Source: Takakia lepidozioides
Lineage: Eukaryota > Plantae > Bryophyta
Direction: 5' to 3'
DNA length: 64,000 bases
Assembly: GCA_030704615.1 (NCBI GenBank)
Contig: CM060731.1
Coordinates: 74,710,001-74,774,000, forward strand
In this document: in pieces, positions 50,001 through 62,521 of the stretch
Layout: each line of letters starts with the position of its first letter
How positions within the stretch are numbered: position 1 is the stretch's first letter
The notes under the pieces: generated by a model
What the model saw: the letters and a program-made list of their open reading frames with translations, nothing else
Databases searched by the model: none
Told to the model about the DNA's origin: nothing
Made by a program: the position numbers and the translations under genes

Positions 50001-52742
50001 TTCTGTCCCATAAGCTCTACGAGCTTTCCGCGGACGTTATAAAGCACCATTTCATTTCATTTCATTTGATATTGAGGTGCTGCCTCCCCGTTTCAAATAG
50101 CTTGAAAGTTGGAAGGGGATTATCATTCTTGACCTTGTTTGGGGAGCAGTTGAAGGCATTGGAATGCGTGGTGGAACAAGCGAAAGTGGAAGATCAAAGG
50201 CTTAGTTCTGTCTTTCAGTCAACTCCAAAGACAAGTGAAAAGACTCCCAAGTCAGGTGAAAAAATGTCAAAGTCCAAAGGGCCAGGTTCGCCATTCAAGT
50301 GTATTGGATTGGGAATGTCCCATCAGATGAACTCAGAATTGGATGCAGAGCTGTATGCCAATCAGCGCCGCATTGAAGAGCTTGAAACCCTCGCTGCAGC
50401 TCGTCAGAAGGAGGTGATATTGTCATCACCTGGTTGTTTATTGCTCCCTTGCATTTGTCTCCTCTATCCATTCTGGTCCATGCCCACAAGGTTATTGCAA
50501 GGATGAAATGCTGCCGTGCTTGTCACTCCCAATTGAAATCTGAGGAAACTGATTGACAAGTCAGCAGAGTATAGCTTCTCTACAGCTGCATATATAAATG
50601 ATTGTTTCGAGCTCACTTATAGGCAAAAAATGGGTTTCACATGCAAATGAGCTTTCAAGCAGCAGACAAGCAGCTGACTATATTAGTGGTCTTATGAGAT
50701 TTGAAGACACAAATTGCTTGTTGGTGTGCAGGTGTTCATGCTCAATAAAAGATTGGTGGAAAGTGAGAGCATGACTCGGGACATTGTACGCAATCTGCAT
50801 GGTCTCCAAGTTGACACCTCCAACTATGCTGTACGCTCTTCAATTCCTACATCTGCACTTAATCTCTGTCTGCTGTTCTAATATCCTCTTTGGCTTGGTT
50901 CTGTCTTCATAGCTCACACAAAATTCTCACTGTGACTGTTGCAGTTGAGCCAACAGAAGATTGCAGAAAGCACTCATCACCAAGATGTGGAAATTCTGGA
51001 GAAGGTACTCCATGCCTTACCTTCATAATGTGCAAAGCAAGGTCAATGACATATGCAAACATTGCAACAGAATCCAGGCCTTTTCCATTGCATGACCTGT
51101 TCCAGTTGGATGTTGCCTTACTCAGGAAGAAGAAATCAACAATTTACAGAGAAAGCTCAATGATTTCATCAAGGAAAGAGAAAGGTACACACTTGAATTG
51201 GATGTCACACAAGGGAAGCAATTGCAGTGATATAACATAGTGTCATTTTGGGGTATTTCATTTTCATTGCTTGTGCAACCCAGGAACCTTTACTTTCGTC
51301 AAAGTGAGATGCATGTATTTATACTCCATTTGCAGCTGGCTGGAGCAAATCAACCAAAGGCAAGGTGAGGTGGTAGCTGCTCAGATGTCAGCTGAGAAGC
51401 TGCGCCAGCATGACCAATCTCTTGCTGCTGAAAATGAACGGCTGAAGGTATTATTGTTACCTCTGTCCAATTTATTATGTCGTTATTTGTTCCATTGATT
51501 TCTCTTCAAAGGCTTGCCTCCTTCCCTTATAATGAAAGAAACCTGGTGTAGGTTGAGAGTACGGCACATCAAAAAAGGATAGGCGAACTGGAACAAGATG
51601 TCAAGAATCTGTCTGGCCAACAGAACCTCCAGCAGCGAATTCATCATCATGCCAAAATCAAGGTATAGAGTGCTACTTGGACACAGCGGATTACCTCAAT
51701 TAACAGGGTCTACAGAGAGGGGAGGAGGTCACATGCTTTTCCTTTGTTGAATTCTGTTAATTAGGTCTTTTGAAGAAGAAGACTGAAGGAGTCTGAATTT
51801 CCCACTTCTTGTCAGCTCCTTTCCTGTTTAGTGAGTCCACATTTGACCAGCCTGCGTGCTACCAGGAGGAGAATACTGGACTGAGGTTACAGAATGGAGA
51901 CCTGAGTGCCAAGTTAAGGCGCACTCAAAACTTGTTCGCACGAGTTAATGATGAGCTGGCCCGGTATCGAGCGGCAGATGGCAAGACCTCCATCGCCATT
52001 ATCGAGGAGGACCAGTGCCTTCGCAGCAAGCTAAAGGTGATTTATTATCTGAAGCGGAAAGGTAGAGAGGTTGCAATCACAATGAGGGACAAGATCAAGG
52101 TTGGGAGGGAGCTGGCTGGCAAGATGGAGTTTGGTTGTTGCGGAAATGGATGGAAGCGCTCTTAATTGGTTCGAAGCATTATATGGGTGCAGACAAATAA
52201 CTGACGTTCTTTCTTTGTATGTGCATATGACAGAATGCCGAAGACAAAGAGATTCAACTGGCCCAGACAATCACCAGTCTGTGCACTGGCATTATGAAGG
52301 CAATCCCTTACGCTTTTGCAAGTCATCTGTTGCACGAGAGCATTCTTTCTGCTTCCTGTGGATGTACTCCGACGATTCAAAATACTGATGTGTTCTTGCC
52401 TGTCCTTGTCCCCTTGTAGGTAGCTGGCATTTCACAGTCTGGAGAAGTAAATCATTCACTGGGATTGAAAGCCCTAAAGCACTTGGAGGATCGACTTTTG
52501 TCGACAGAACAAGAACTATCACAAAGCAAAATCCAGGTCTCTCACTCCAACACCGTCACCATCTGTTGATACTGTGATAAAGTAGCTACTATACTGCATG
52601 TGCATTTTCGTGCCGTTTTGCTGTGACTTGAATGTGGGTGCACAAATGAATGATGCAGACGAGGATAGAAGGAGAAAGAAAACGGTTGAGCGATCGTGAG
52701 GGGCAATCGCTGATGGAGCCGACCAATTTTCAAACCCGCTAA
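35041..52742 (+). CDS. KIN12: Kinesin-12, POK1/POK2 (phragmoplast-orienting kinesin)-like; roughly 30 exons including a ~2.8-kb coiled-coil exon at 44497-47340
   Basis: FWKEHNVQ|VIIRTRP, AYGQ|TGSGKTHTM (P-loop), [16 protein letters not shown] and [17 protein letters not shown]-type C-terminus: [13 protein letters not shown]|[27 protein letters not shown]|EEN. The last exon and stop (52740-52742) are inferred. Confidence 0.93.
40240..40650 (+). mobile_element. Intronic 5'-truncated LINE 3' end with duplicated tail and (CATTT)n
   Basis: [22 protein letters not shown] is near-identical to 49790-49960. The tail TGTCCCATAAGCTCTACGAGCTTTCCGCGGACGTTATAAAGCACCATTTCATTTC occurs at 40481 and again, diverged, at ~40593. 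Confidence 0.8.
43335..43506 (-). mobile_element. Intronic reverse-orientation copies of the same LINE/SINE 3' tail
   Basis: GAAATGGTGCTTTATAACGTCCGCGGAAAGCTC and GAGCTTATGGGAC with (GAAAT)n. Another copy lies at ~36988-37053. Confidence 0.7.
48264..48830 (-). pseudogene. Intronic LINE ORF2 C-terminal Zn-knuckle fragment (second family), nested within a copy of the first family (~47960-48920)
   Basis: [27 protein letters not shown]. Flanked by LRVGSH..IETGRW (47990-48050) and the CGTTATAAAG.ACCATTTC tail (48857-48920). Confidence 0.7.
49340..50066 (+). mobile_element. Intronic 5'-truncated LINE (ORF2 C-terminus plus 3' tail)
   Basis: [39 protein letters not shown], then the conserved tail and CATTT repeats. 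Confidence 0.85.
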
Positions 52743-53939
52743 AACAAGCTCAGAGACTCTGCGTTGCTGTGCATCTCTATCCTCAATACGAGACTGGATT
52801 GAGATGATAAGAACTTCGTAAGGTATAACTCGTGTGTAATAGAAGTGTACATAATTCTTGTTGTACACACCTGTGTATACCTTCAATTTTGTTTATAACA
52901 TGCCTTACTGACCCATCTTTTCTGTTCGCCAGCTCTTGTAGAGAGGCCTTGCCTCTTCCATTTAAAGACGACACATGTGTGCAAGGTTACTCTCTCTTGC
53001 TTGTTAAGCTTCATCACTGGATCTTGTTTAATTGAATGTTTGTTAACCATTGCCTTCTCGATGGGTTCATGGAACCAGAAGCATTCACCTTAAGCGTAAC
53101 TTGAGCTGGGCAGTTGCCCTTCAACTTGCTTTAGTATATAAAACCAAGTCGGTTGAAACTAGTAAGCACAATGACTCCTTAACACTTAAAGAGTGGGGAG
53201 GGTAAGGTTAGATGTTTTGGCAAATTGGGTCTGGGCCCTGAAAAAATGATATTCTACAACATGCACAACAGATAAATCTGGTTGGAGTTTGTAAAGCCCT
53301 TGGCTGCACATGAATGTTTTGCTGCAAAATAACTTGCTACCCTTGCAACCCAGGTAATATTGCTACCCAGGTACCCTTTCTTTTAAGTGAAACAAAGCAT
53401 CAAACAGTGAGATATTTGAATATGGCGCACATTAGAAAAGGCCCGGGAGTTTATTGCGACCCCTTCTGTCCTGCCTGTGTGGCACCCCCCGCCACCCCAG
53501 CCGCACCCCCTTCACCGGCTCCTGTGCGGCTTACGGTCGCTGCGCCCCGGTGCCCCTGTGCCACCCCACCCCTCCTGCCCCCCATCCCCTTGCCCGCCTG
53601 CCCTCCCTGCCGGCCGTCACCACACCACATGAACTCTGTGGCACATGACACCTATCACCACAACCCAACATCGTGCGCGGGACACATCGTGAGTCGAAAC
53701 CATGGATCCATACATGGCAGATGACAAATACATGATGGTCACGAAAGTAACATGATGACCATCATGAAAGTCACATGATGACCATAGGCGTGAAGCCCTC
53801 ACATATGCATGTATACACAAGGTTGTAAATGTTCAAATTTCAAAATTCAAATTTGAAATTTAGTATTATTTTATGGATTGAGTCTACTTCTAGGAATTAG
53901 GATGGATGTATGTAGGTACGGATGGATGAGAGCAGGAAG

Positions 53940-55541
53940 TATGTGTAATGAGAGGCAACCTCCAATCGTCACCTTCCTTTCATGGTCCGCTCAAACTGTT
54001 CTGACCACGAAAGCACAACGTGCAGCCAGTACCAGCTGTGCCTCAGGTCCCTGAATTGCGCCACGATATGTCTGTTGCCGAGAATGAAGAAAACATTGCA
54101 TCCCATCTTGTTTTGCTGCTTCGAAACCAAGTTCAAATGCCCAGTGTAGGTGCTTTTAACCATCATGTACTGCAGTGGCGTTTCCAATGGCATGGCAAGC
54201 CTCCTGGCCAAAACTCTGCCGAAGTCGCCTACATTCTCTGGAATCGAGTTGCTGATTTCATTACAAGGGAGTCTTCCCGTTCAGATGGCCCATGCACTTT
54301 CAGCAGACATCAGCAAAGATGCCATTTGGAGGGGTCTCTCTTAGCTCCTAGCAGCAACAGTGCCACGACTACAACAAGGTACATTGGGCTGTAGGTCATG
54401 TGTTGCAAGGGCTACTAAATGATTTCCATGAATGTCCGAGTGCCTGAATCCCCTTGGTGTCATAGTAACGGATTGTTTTTTTGTTATTGTAGGTATCACT
54501 GCTCATATGGTCCACAGGACAGAACTAGTTCCCTCTTGGAGGTTACCCCTGCAATGGCACACAAGAAACGCCGAGTGAAGCCTGCAAAGAAGAAGGGGAG
54601 GAAGCCAAGAGCCATAGCCACTTCCACTGAAGCAAAGCCAAAACAAATGAGGACCACACAAACAAAATCGGGGGAAGGCATCAAGAGGGGATGCATGTGC
54701 AGGTTTGTAGTGAAGCAATGCTATGTGGACCCTGATATTGCAGAGCTGGACTATTATGAAAAGAGACATGTGAATGGGGCTGGACAGGTCTGCCATGGAC
54801 CTGCACATCAAGTAGGTCGCGTTTCATTAGCTCCCCACCTGAGCGATGAGATGAAATCATGGGTGTTACACAACCTCCGTCTCGGACTAAGCATCAACAA
54901 GATAATGGCCAAGCACACGCAGAGGGTGAGGGAAATCATGGATGGGGGGTTCGAGGTTACCCGTGACACCTTCCTTCTTTCAAATGACATCCAAAATATT
55001 GCCAACAAGTGCGATGAAGAAACATTCATAAAGCACTCCAATGATGCACAAAGTGTCCGAATGTGGGTGCATGAAAACCCAGGAAGCGTTTTCTACTACC
55101 AGGAAGAGTCTAATCACCCTGCTTGGACGTTGAATGACAGAAAACTCGACCTTCCATTTGTGCTTGGCATACAAACTGATTGGCAGAGAAAACAGATGCT
55201 CAAACACGGCCATCGTCGCATAATTGCTTGTGATGCAACCTTTGGAACGAATGAAAAGAAGGTTCGTCAGATTGTTAACCCGAATTTCTTGAAAGCATGA
55301 CAAATTACGTTCTTCATGTGAAGGACTTTGTTTTGCAACCATTTCCTTTCAAGTCACTTCAGTTACACATGATTGTTGTTGCAGTACCCGTTATATACCA
55401 TGATGGTATTCGGCGACTGGCTGAATGGTATTCCAGTGGCTTACATTATCACTGCAAGGTGCAAAACCATCGATCTGATGCCTTGGATGGAGGCACTAAA
55501 CAAACAAATGACAAGTCGGCAAGTAGACTGGCGTTCGCCGA
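53940..55541 (+). pseudogene. MULE-derived 'SWIM zinc-finger family' transposase (Arabidopsis At1g60560/At4g13970-like, element G), cut by insertion of element F
   Basis: RVADFI..ES..CTF|YHCSYGPQD..KRGCMCRF..HVN..VCHG..LAPHLS..DAQSVRMWV..PFVLGIQT.WQ..ACDATFGTN|YPLYT..GIPVAYII. Introns at ~54380-54492 and 55262-55384. Stops at the F terminus before the second catalytic Asp. Confidence 0.8.
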
Positions 55542-56490
55542 GGGGGTTGAAAATGCATGAGCAGTGAGCGGTGAGCATGAGCAGAGTATTCTGAACCTTG
55601 CCCGAACCTACACCGAACCAGAATTAAATAACCGAAAATGCAGGTCCCGACATCCCCGCGCACCGACTTCCCCATACATAACAGGGACAATTTGGGATTT
55701 TGTAACAGCGCACGGAAATTGGGGTTTCAACGCCTATAGCCGTGCCCCCCAAGTTGCGTCGTTATAGTCGGCACCGACTACAACACAGCAAGCCAATGTG
55801 GGGTAAAATGCCCCGTGCGAAGCTTGCGGGTGTTGTAGTCGCCAACGACTACAGAAAGCATACGAAATTAGGAGGGTAATCGTCGGCGAATTAATTCAAA
55901 TACAATGTGGCAAATAAAACTTGGTTAATGTTATAGACGGCAACGAGTAGGTGACACGCGTTGGGTGAACGAATTGACATATGAGGAACGTAGATGAGCG
56001 AAGGTACTGCGTTGCAGACTCAAAGTATAGTCGGTGCCGAATTCATGCACTTAAGTTAAATGAGGCAACTGAGTGGAGTCTTTGTTTAAAAGTCCATATA
56101 GCGCATTGCCTACCCATGGCTCTTGGTTTTTAAGGAGATCAGAAAGCACTCAAAGAACGAGTTTGGGTTGCCTTGGCCATTGCACCATCATGTCAAGATC
56201 ATGGAAGTTGTTGAAGCATCGTAGAAGAGAAATGGTAATCCGCAATATTGAAATCCGGGCACATCATTGGATGATACCAAACAGTTCAAGGTGGCATTGA
56301 AAAGCCTAATGTCTACTCAGTGATAATTGGGGCCTCATTAAGTAGTAGATGTGATGACACCATGGTCGGCCACGATAGACAGTATTCACTATGGTAACCA
56401 AGGACAAGGGTCGCGAATTAACATTGCCTTCACCTCATTTATGGAGAGATTAGGGTGGTTGATGTCCTCCGACTCTTCCCGCATTTTCAA

Positions 56491-59400
56491 TCAGCGCAAC
56501 AAAATATAGTATATGTGCTTGCAATGGGTGTATGCGGATTTAGCCTTCTTCATTTTTCCAAAGTCAGGGCAGGTGTACTCCGGACTTCTAGAGATGCACA
56601 CATTGTAGACCTCCCCTACTTTCGCCGATCCCGGTGTGCAGAGTGTGTACACACGACCAATTCCAGGGCGGGGAACATCTTTGAACGATTGTACAATTGC
56701 TTTCAAAGATTGTCCGAGCTCCATCTTTTTACGGGCTTGTGCACTCAATGGCTTTCGTCGATATATTTTACCCCATCTCTTGGTTGCATATGTGTCCGGA
56801 TCCAGGTGATTGCTATCATCCGCAACAGTGTCCCCCTCTCCCTCGGTAGCGCTCTTGTCGTCTGTAGGAACAAGTCGAAATCCAGCCACGGTTAAGGCGT
56901 CAACCTCCTCCTGATTTAAATTTGTCCCAACCATCACAGGCCAAACGTCGAGAACATCTGGTCTATCGAGCACACATCACCCCGCTTTACCACCGACGCA
57001 GTACACGATATCAGTTGGGCAGTGCCACATTTCCATCATCTTTGGTTTTACCAAAGCCGGAGGATGGTGGCGACCCACATATCTTGGAGCAGGAACACCC
57101 AAACTGTGGAGTGGCCAGATTTCTTCTTTGCATGCCTGTGCACTGTCAAACCGTACTACCCAAAACTTTACTCTTGAAGTGTCGGACGTCCGGGCGATGT
57201 GCCAACATGTTGTGGACACGGCGGACTCTAAAACCGGCTTTCTATTCTGTACTGGAAGGTCATCCTCCAACGTCTCTAGAGGCATCTGAACAGTAGTTGT
57301 GGATACTCTTAATCGTCCGGCACCTTCACGGCGCCTGGGTGTGGTGCGGAGGTTCATGTCAGGCCTCCATAAATGAAGGTGTTCCTCGTCTTCTAAGTTG
57401 CCCAAAACAATCTTCCGCTTCGTTGTCCGAGTGAAAAGGTCGCCCTCGAGCCCAGGATTTCTACCATGGAGAGGAGTTCCCTCCACAAAACTTCTTACCG
57501 CCTTTGCCATCTTCAGAGGATCAGAAGACCGCGCTGCCACCCGATCTAATAATTGTTGGCGGTCGGGACCAAAACCCTTTGCACCACCCTTTAGATAATT
57601 ATGGAAGGCCGATGATTGCAAAATAGCCCTTGTCATGTCGTCTTTGTTGGTTGTGTATAGGTCCACTTTTAAGACACCACTCCCGGCCTGCCAGCTCGCA
57701 TGCACGGACTCAGACATGTTCACGTTTGGCATTGATGCGTCCTCTTCCAGATCCAATCCCTGCAGGTAAAATCTCCATCATGAGAACTACATTTGCATGG
57801 ACAACAAAAAAGGCAAGGTCTTAAGGTGAGGTTCATCGAAACGATATCAAGCCTGAAGTTATCGGCACCGAATATAGCCATCGAATGCTTCATGACACAT
57901 AACCCAATCTTAAAGTCGGTGCAGACTATAATGTACCCACAATAGTGCCATGTCTTACGCTATAGTCGGTGCTGACTATAGAGGGAATGTTCTACTGAAG
58001 TGAGCTGCACAGATGGGACGCTATTTATAGTCAGTGCAGACTATAAGCTGTGGACATAAGTGCCCTACGTTATGGTATCTTCGGTGCAAACTGTACAATG
58101 AGTGTTGTGCTGCAGTGAACCTCATGTGATCAGAGAAAATGTGTTAACATTAAGGATCAATGTTAAAATCTAATGTCATAGTCGGTGTAGACTATAAGGT
58201 AAAACAGTGTCATTGCAACGCTATAGTCGGTGCAGATTACAGTGGAATAAGGTCTCCTCATATGTGTTGTACTTCATGTCACCGGAGCGACTATGAAAGC
58301 AAGGTTTTGCTCATGTGAGCAGATCTACATCCGCTCACAGATTCTTTTTGAAGTAGAATAAACAAAGTTCTCGATGGAACCGTAATAGTCGGTACAGACT
58401 ATGACAGTTTCACTTTTGCTCACATGAGCATAACCCGAAAAAACTGGGCGTACGAAGATATTGCATGTAACAATTGAATGCTTACATTGCAGACATATGC
58501 CCCAAGTTGATAGTAACGGTATGTCCACCACGACAGCCAGCTCTCCAACACGGGAATATCTTCATCTCGAGCGGCACCAGAAGACGACCACCAAGCTCGG
58601 ATGGCCAGAAATGAAACCTCCGCTTCCGCCTCAGTATTTGTTGCTCTCCACTTCGTACAAAGTTGTACATGTGCATATTGGAGGTTTTCGGAGATGTATT
58701 TTTTGGTCCACTTGTGGAGGCTTTGACCCCAGTGGAACCCACATGTTCTCTCACAATCGGGCATGGGTTCCCCGCCTCCATACACTTCGCGAACAGCAGC
58801 CCAATTCGCATTTGCATTGTTGGCCATGAATCCCCGAAATTGCGGTTGCCCCTTCCCTGCTCGCAGCATCTGTTCATTGATGGATTCCCACATGATCTTC
58901 TGTGATTCTGTATCCTCACATTTCATTTTGCAAATTGCGATCGTCATGAGCTTCCAAAAATTCGGAGGTACACGTGACAAGCCATTGTACTCCATCCATG
59001 TATCCGCTTCACGTTGTCGAACATAATCCAGCTACTTCCTAGCTCCCCCCCCAGACGCATCATGTCCACCAGATGGACTCCACAGCCCTTTCCAACAATT
59101 GACATCTTGAATCTGAAACATCTCCCATCCACACTCCCTTGGCCTGGGAAGCGGCTCCCATGGAAATAGTCGTACCCGCTCCACTTTTTCATTGTCAGGA
59201 AAGCTTCTACTTCACTCCCAAGCCCCATTTGTGCTTTTGTCTTCTTTGTCTTGTAACGAACACCACATTTGCCCACGGCACCGACCTCCTCCATGAGCTC
59301 CTCGAACTGCTCATCATCGAGCTTCCATCTCTCGGTTGCACCTGGCAATAACACCTTCTCCATGGCAATGGACTGAGCAGCAGACATTTGCACCGTTTTT

Positions 59401-60634
59401 GGCCTGGCAGACGGTGACCTATGAATTTCTTCAGCAAATGCAGATTTGGCCTTGGCAACTTCCCGGCATGCTCCAGGTGCAGATGGATATGAATGAATGC
59501 CAACATGCATGGCTGCTCTGGTCATCGTTGGTGGTCCTATCACGTAGAACATTTTGGCACGGCAGGTGTGCATGCATGTAGGTGGATGGTTGCAGTGAGA
59601 ACATAGGAAGGTGTTCGGGGGCACCTGGCTTTGCGGTTTGAACTGACCATCGTAATGCCCCATCCAATGAATCTCATTGTGGCTGCCCTTCCTGAGGAAG
59701 AATGGGCACGTTCCTCGGGCACATCTCAGCGCACCAACACAGTGTACATACCTACAATGACATTTGAAGTCAGTGCACAAAGTGCAAAAATTGCACTATG
59801 GAAGTCGACCACGACTACAACTGCACAATGGACAGTGAGCAGGAACAAAATACCACCTCACCTGACTGCGCCGCCTTTTGTGCCAATTATAGGAAGCTTT
59901 AAGTTTGTTGTCTTCGTGGTGGCCCATGGATTGCCGTCGTACTTGCGGTCCATGCTTTCGAGCTGACCTGCTGGGGATGTGTTTGATGTCGGTGGAAGCT
60001 CATACACGACATCACCATCAACGATCCTTTGCAAGCACTTCACCTGCTTCACTTCTACTTCTTCAAAGTTTATCTTTCCCAAGTGGGATTTGGAATCAAA
60101 ATGTAGAAGCTTAAGGATATCCAATATGGATGGGCCCGACTGTCCATACGTGGCCTTCTTGCCAACAAACTCGGGGCGCGGCACCTTTTTGGGAGGTGAG
60201 GCAGATGTAGCCAAATTGGGTTCCACCCTTCCACTGCTGGATTTTAGAACGACACAATCCTCTAACTCCCCGCTAGACAACTCAATGCTTTCCGTTTTTG
60301 GTTGTCGGGCCTGAGGAACAGAAGCAACAGTTGCAGGTTCACGCGTCGTGGAATTCCTATCCAAAGTAGTAGGGACACCGAACACTCTATATCGTACTTC
60401 ACCTGTAAAAGGCAAAACCCAGGATTTGCGGTCGTTATCTCGAATTGGATCCAAAATGTGGTATGTTGTGCCGGAACCAGCAGTGATCTCCTCCTCTTCA
60501 ACAACCAAAGAGAATGGGTCAATACCAAATCTGCCCCGAATTACTTTGTCCTTTAGAAATACATGTTGTCCCTCTGCCATCACCTTGATGTTGTCCGTGC
60601 CAGGTGGGCAATTCAGCAGCACGAAGGGATCCAT
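56491..60634 (-). pseudogene. GCM-like/MULE-DDE/SWIM transposase, paralog of 4861-8245; introns and a few frameshifts
   Basis: MDRKYDGNPW..TKTT; CVGALRC..C..CSHC..C..C; GYDYFHGSRFPGQG; WIMFDNVKRI; FRGFMANNANANW (second Asp changed to Asn); ERTCGFHW; MSESVHASW; SWIM YTCPDF..CKHIYYIL. Confidence 0.85.
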
Positions 60635-60674
60635 GATCGCCTACTTCACTACGCCGCCACAGTGCTATCGAACA

Positions 60675-62521
60675 GAGCGTAGCTACGACGTGAGCCTAGC
60701 CGCGTGAGCCCAGGAGCTCGGCTCACACTTTGCCCTCTAAGCGTGAGCCCAGGGTTTAGAGGAGGGAGAAGCAAGTCCTATAACCGAGGACAGGGTTTAG
60801 AGGGGGTCCTATTACCGTGGAAGCGTATATTTTGGAAGAAGAGATGAACACGGCAAAACTTCCAAACACGGCAAACATGACATATTGAGTCCCCTTTAGA
60901 AGCACGACGATCGACCCAATTCCCCCCAGCCCTACTTCGTCAACCCCAAGCACTCCCACCCCAAGCACTTCACGCAGCTGGTCCCACCCTCCACCAGCCC
61001 CAAAGCGCTCCACCTTGAAGACGAGCCCCAAGCCGCGATCCCACCTGGCCCCACTTTCACCAAGCCCCAACCTTATGTGGTCACTGTTCCTATAAGTATA
61101 CTCCTGCAGCAGCCACACCCACTAGTGAGTTACTTTTCAACCCACCGACAATAGTAGAACTATCTAGAAAGTAGAACTCTCTAGAAAGTCAACTAGTGAA
61201 CTAGGGGAGATGGCTATACCAACTCTGGCGAGTAGCGGGTTTAACGGGTTCTAGACCTAGCTGGCGGGTCCGGGTCTGGTTTTAAAATAAACCCGGGTCA
61301 GGGTCCGAGTTTTTGGTGATGGCACGGGTCTGGATCCGGATAGGTAACCCGGATCCTAACCAGGGTTTTTTTAGGGATTTTGAAAACGAGTAGGAGTGGC
61401 TATATATATTGGGTGTAGGGTAGTGGCCCACTCTAGGTAATTTTCCTCGAATTGGTAGGCTACATGTATTTCCATCCTTGCCATATTTTGTGAATCAAAT
61501 GGATGTTGATGAGCAATAGAAGGTGAAGTGCAGAAATAATTGAAAGCCGTATAGTTTCCGCAAGACTGGCGACGAGCATCTCCTTGATAAACGGAGGAGG
61601 CCCCACAATCCTAAACCCACTCCTCATCTAACCCGTCAGATCATCCTACATGGGGCCCGCCATGGCTACATCTGTGCTGCCTCTGTGGGTCCACAGACGA
61701 GGACCTTTTTGAGACCCCCAGTTTTTGGCGAAAACTGCCTTATTTGGACCTCTTCTTCCCTTTGTTTCATTCGCCAAGGGGATTTTCAGGCGGCCAAATG
61801 ATGAAAAATCACCAATAAAAAAAACGCTGACCCTAACCCGCCGGGTACCCGGGGTGAAAATCCGGACCCGCACAACATTGTCATCGATGTCGTCAATGAT
61901 CATCCTGAAATCATGATCATGAAAAAATTGAGTGCGTTGATGCACTCAGTTCTCCCGGGGGGGGGGGGACCCAAAAAATTAATTAATTAATTAAATTTTT
62001 AAAAAAAAATCCCTTCCCCCCCCCCCCCCAAAACGCAGAACTGAGTGTGTCAACGCACTCAATTTCTTCATGATCATGAATTCACGGATGGTCGTTGACG
62101 ACATCTACCCAAATGCCCGGGGGGGGGGGGGGGGGGGGGGGGGCGGGGGGAGAAATAAATAAATCTCATCTGCCTAATGCCCGCTTAATTCCCAGCCCTA
62201 TTTCCCTCCACGAACATGGCAGTTCGCTAAGGGTTAGGGTTAGGGTTTGAGGTTCCGATTTGCAGTGTTTCCCCGGTTTGCCGTGTTTCTGTGGTAATGA
62301 CGTCAGCTTCATTCCCAGCATGTTTTTCTTCACGAACATGGCAGTACGCTAAGGGTTAGGGTTAGGGTTTGCCGTGTTTCCGCGGTAATGGGTGTTCATC
62401 CGCGGAAATACACCCTGCATCTTCCCCCATTCTCGTGCCACGTGGACTGGGCTCACGTCAGGCTCTTGGGCTCATAGGCTCCTGGGCTCACGTGGCTAGG
62501 CTCACACTCTAGCATCCCCCA
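60675..62521. mobile_element. Non-autonomous MULE (element E, ~1.85 kb) inserted ~40 bp upstream of the F transposase ATG
   Basis: Exact 9-bp TSD TATCGAACA at 60666-60674 and 62522-62530. Inverted termini share GTGAGCCTAGCC(G/A)CGTGAGCCCAGGAGC. The right end reads GGGGGATGCTA on the minus strand. Confidence 0.85.
61886..62105. repeat. MITE-like fold-back with ~68-bp arms around a poly-G/AT/poly-C core
   Basis: 61886-61953 and 62037-62105 are near-perfect reverse complements. Confidence 0.8.

Noticed and set aside
53195-53720. Left TIR of element G and a Pro-rich ORF
   Set aside because: The G-rich start is plausible but no partner TIR or TSD lies in the window, and the ORF is low-complexity.
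62228-62370. Telomere or interstitial telomeric array
   Set aside because: Only about 2-3 TTAGGG units per copy, consistent with telo-box-like motifs inside a TE.
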